NCBI GenBank assembly: GCA_002633005.1
Contig: NMRA01000743.1
Location: 106,245-170,244, forward strand
Direction: 5' to 3'
DNA from: Phoronis australis
Taxonomy: Eukaryota; Animalia; Phoronida
DNA length: 64,000 bases
A model generated the notes under the pieces. That model ran no database searches. It saw only the letters and a program-made list of their open reading frames with translations, and had not been told where the DNA came from. Positions 63,911-64,000 of the stretch are shown in pieces. Numbering within the stretch: the stretch's first letter is position 1; each line of letters begins with the position of its first letter. The position numbers were made by a program, and so were the translations under genes.

Positions 63911-64000
63911 ACCCTAATAGATGGTGACATCAGTGCACGAAACGATCATTTTTATTTAAACTATTTTAAACTATTAGCAAGTTTGTGGTGACTGGCGCCA

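Overview
AT-rich, intron-rich animal genomic DNA, probably a highly heterozygous invertebrate draft assembly; not prokaryotic. Three genes can be read. (1) The 3' end of a CD109/iTEP-like thioester-containing protein gene on + (exons 4625-16631), ending in a Cys cluster and a hydrophobic GPI-type tail. (2) A PPP1R35-like gene with one coding exon on - (20571-21134). (3) A complete 26-exon NAA25 gene (NatB auxiliary subunit) on + (26393-60703, 958 aa by my manual splicing), head-to-head with the PPP1R35-like gene. Five of the six single-N joins (955, 10916, 24051, 39742, 43217) separate near-identical copies of the same segment. These are most likely two haplotypes assembled in tandem, which creates apparent exon duplications and exposes insertion polymorphisms. 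Non-coding DNA holds many non-autonomous elements (hAT-, Harbinger-, Kolobok- and Tc2-like MITEs, foldbacks, a Helentron-like element, minisatellites). The two most notable signals are an inverted pair of Penelope-like fragments each carrying a hammerhead-ribozyme-like motif, and a Helentron-like element with a periodic array of co-oriented CTCF-like motifs. All calls were made by eye; no searches were run.
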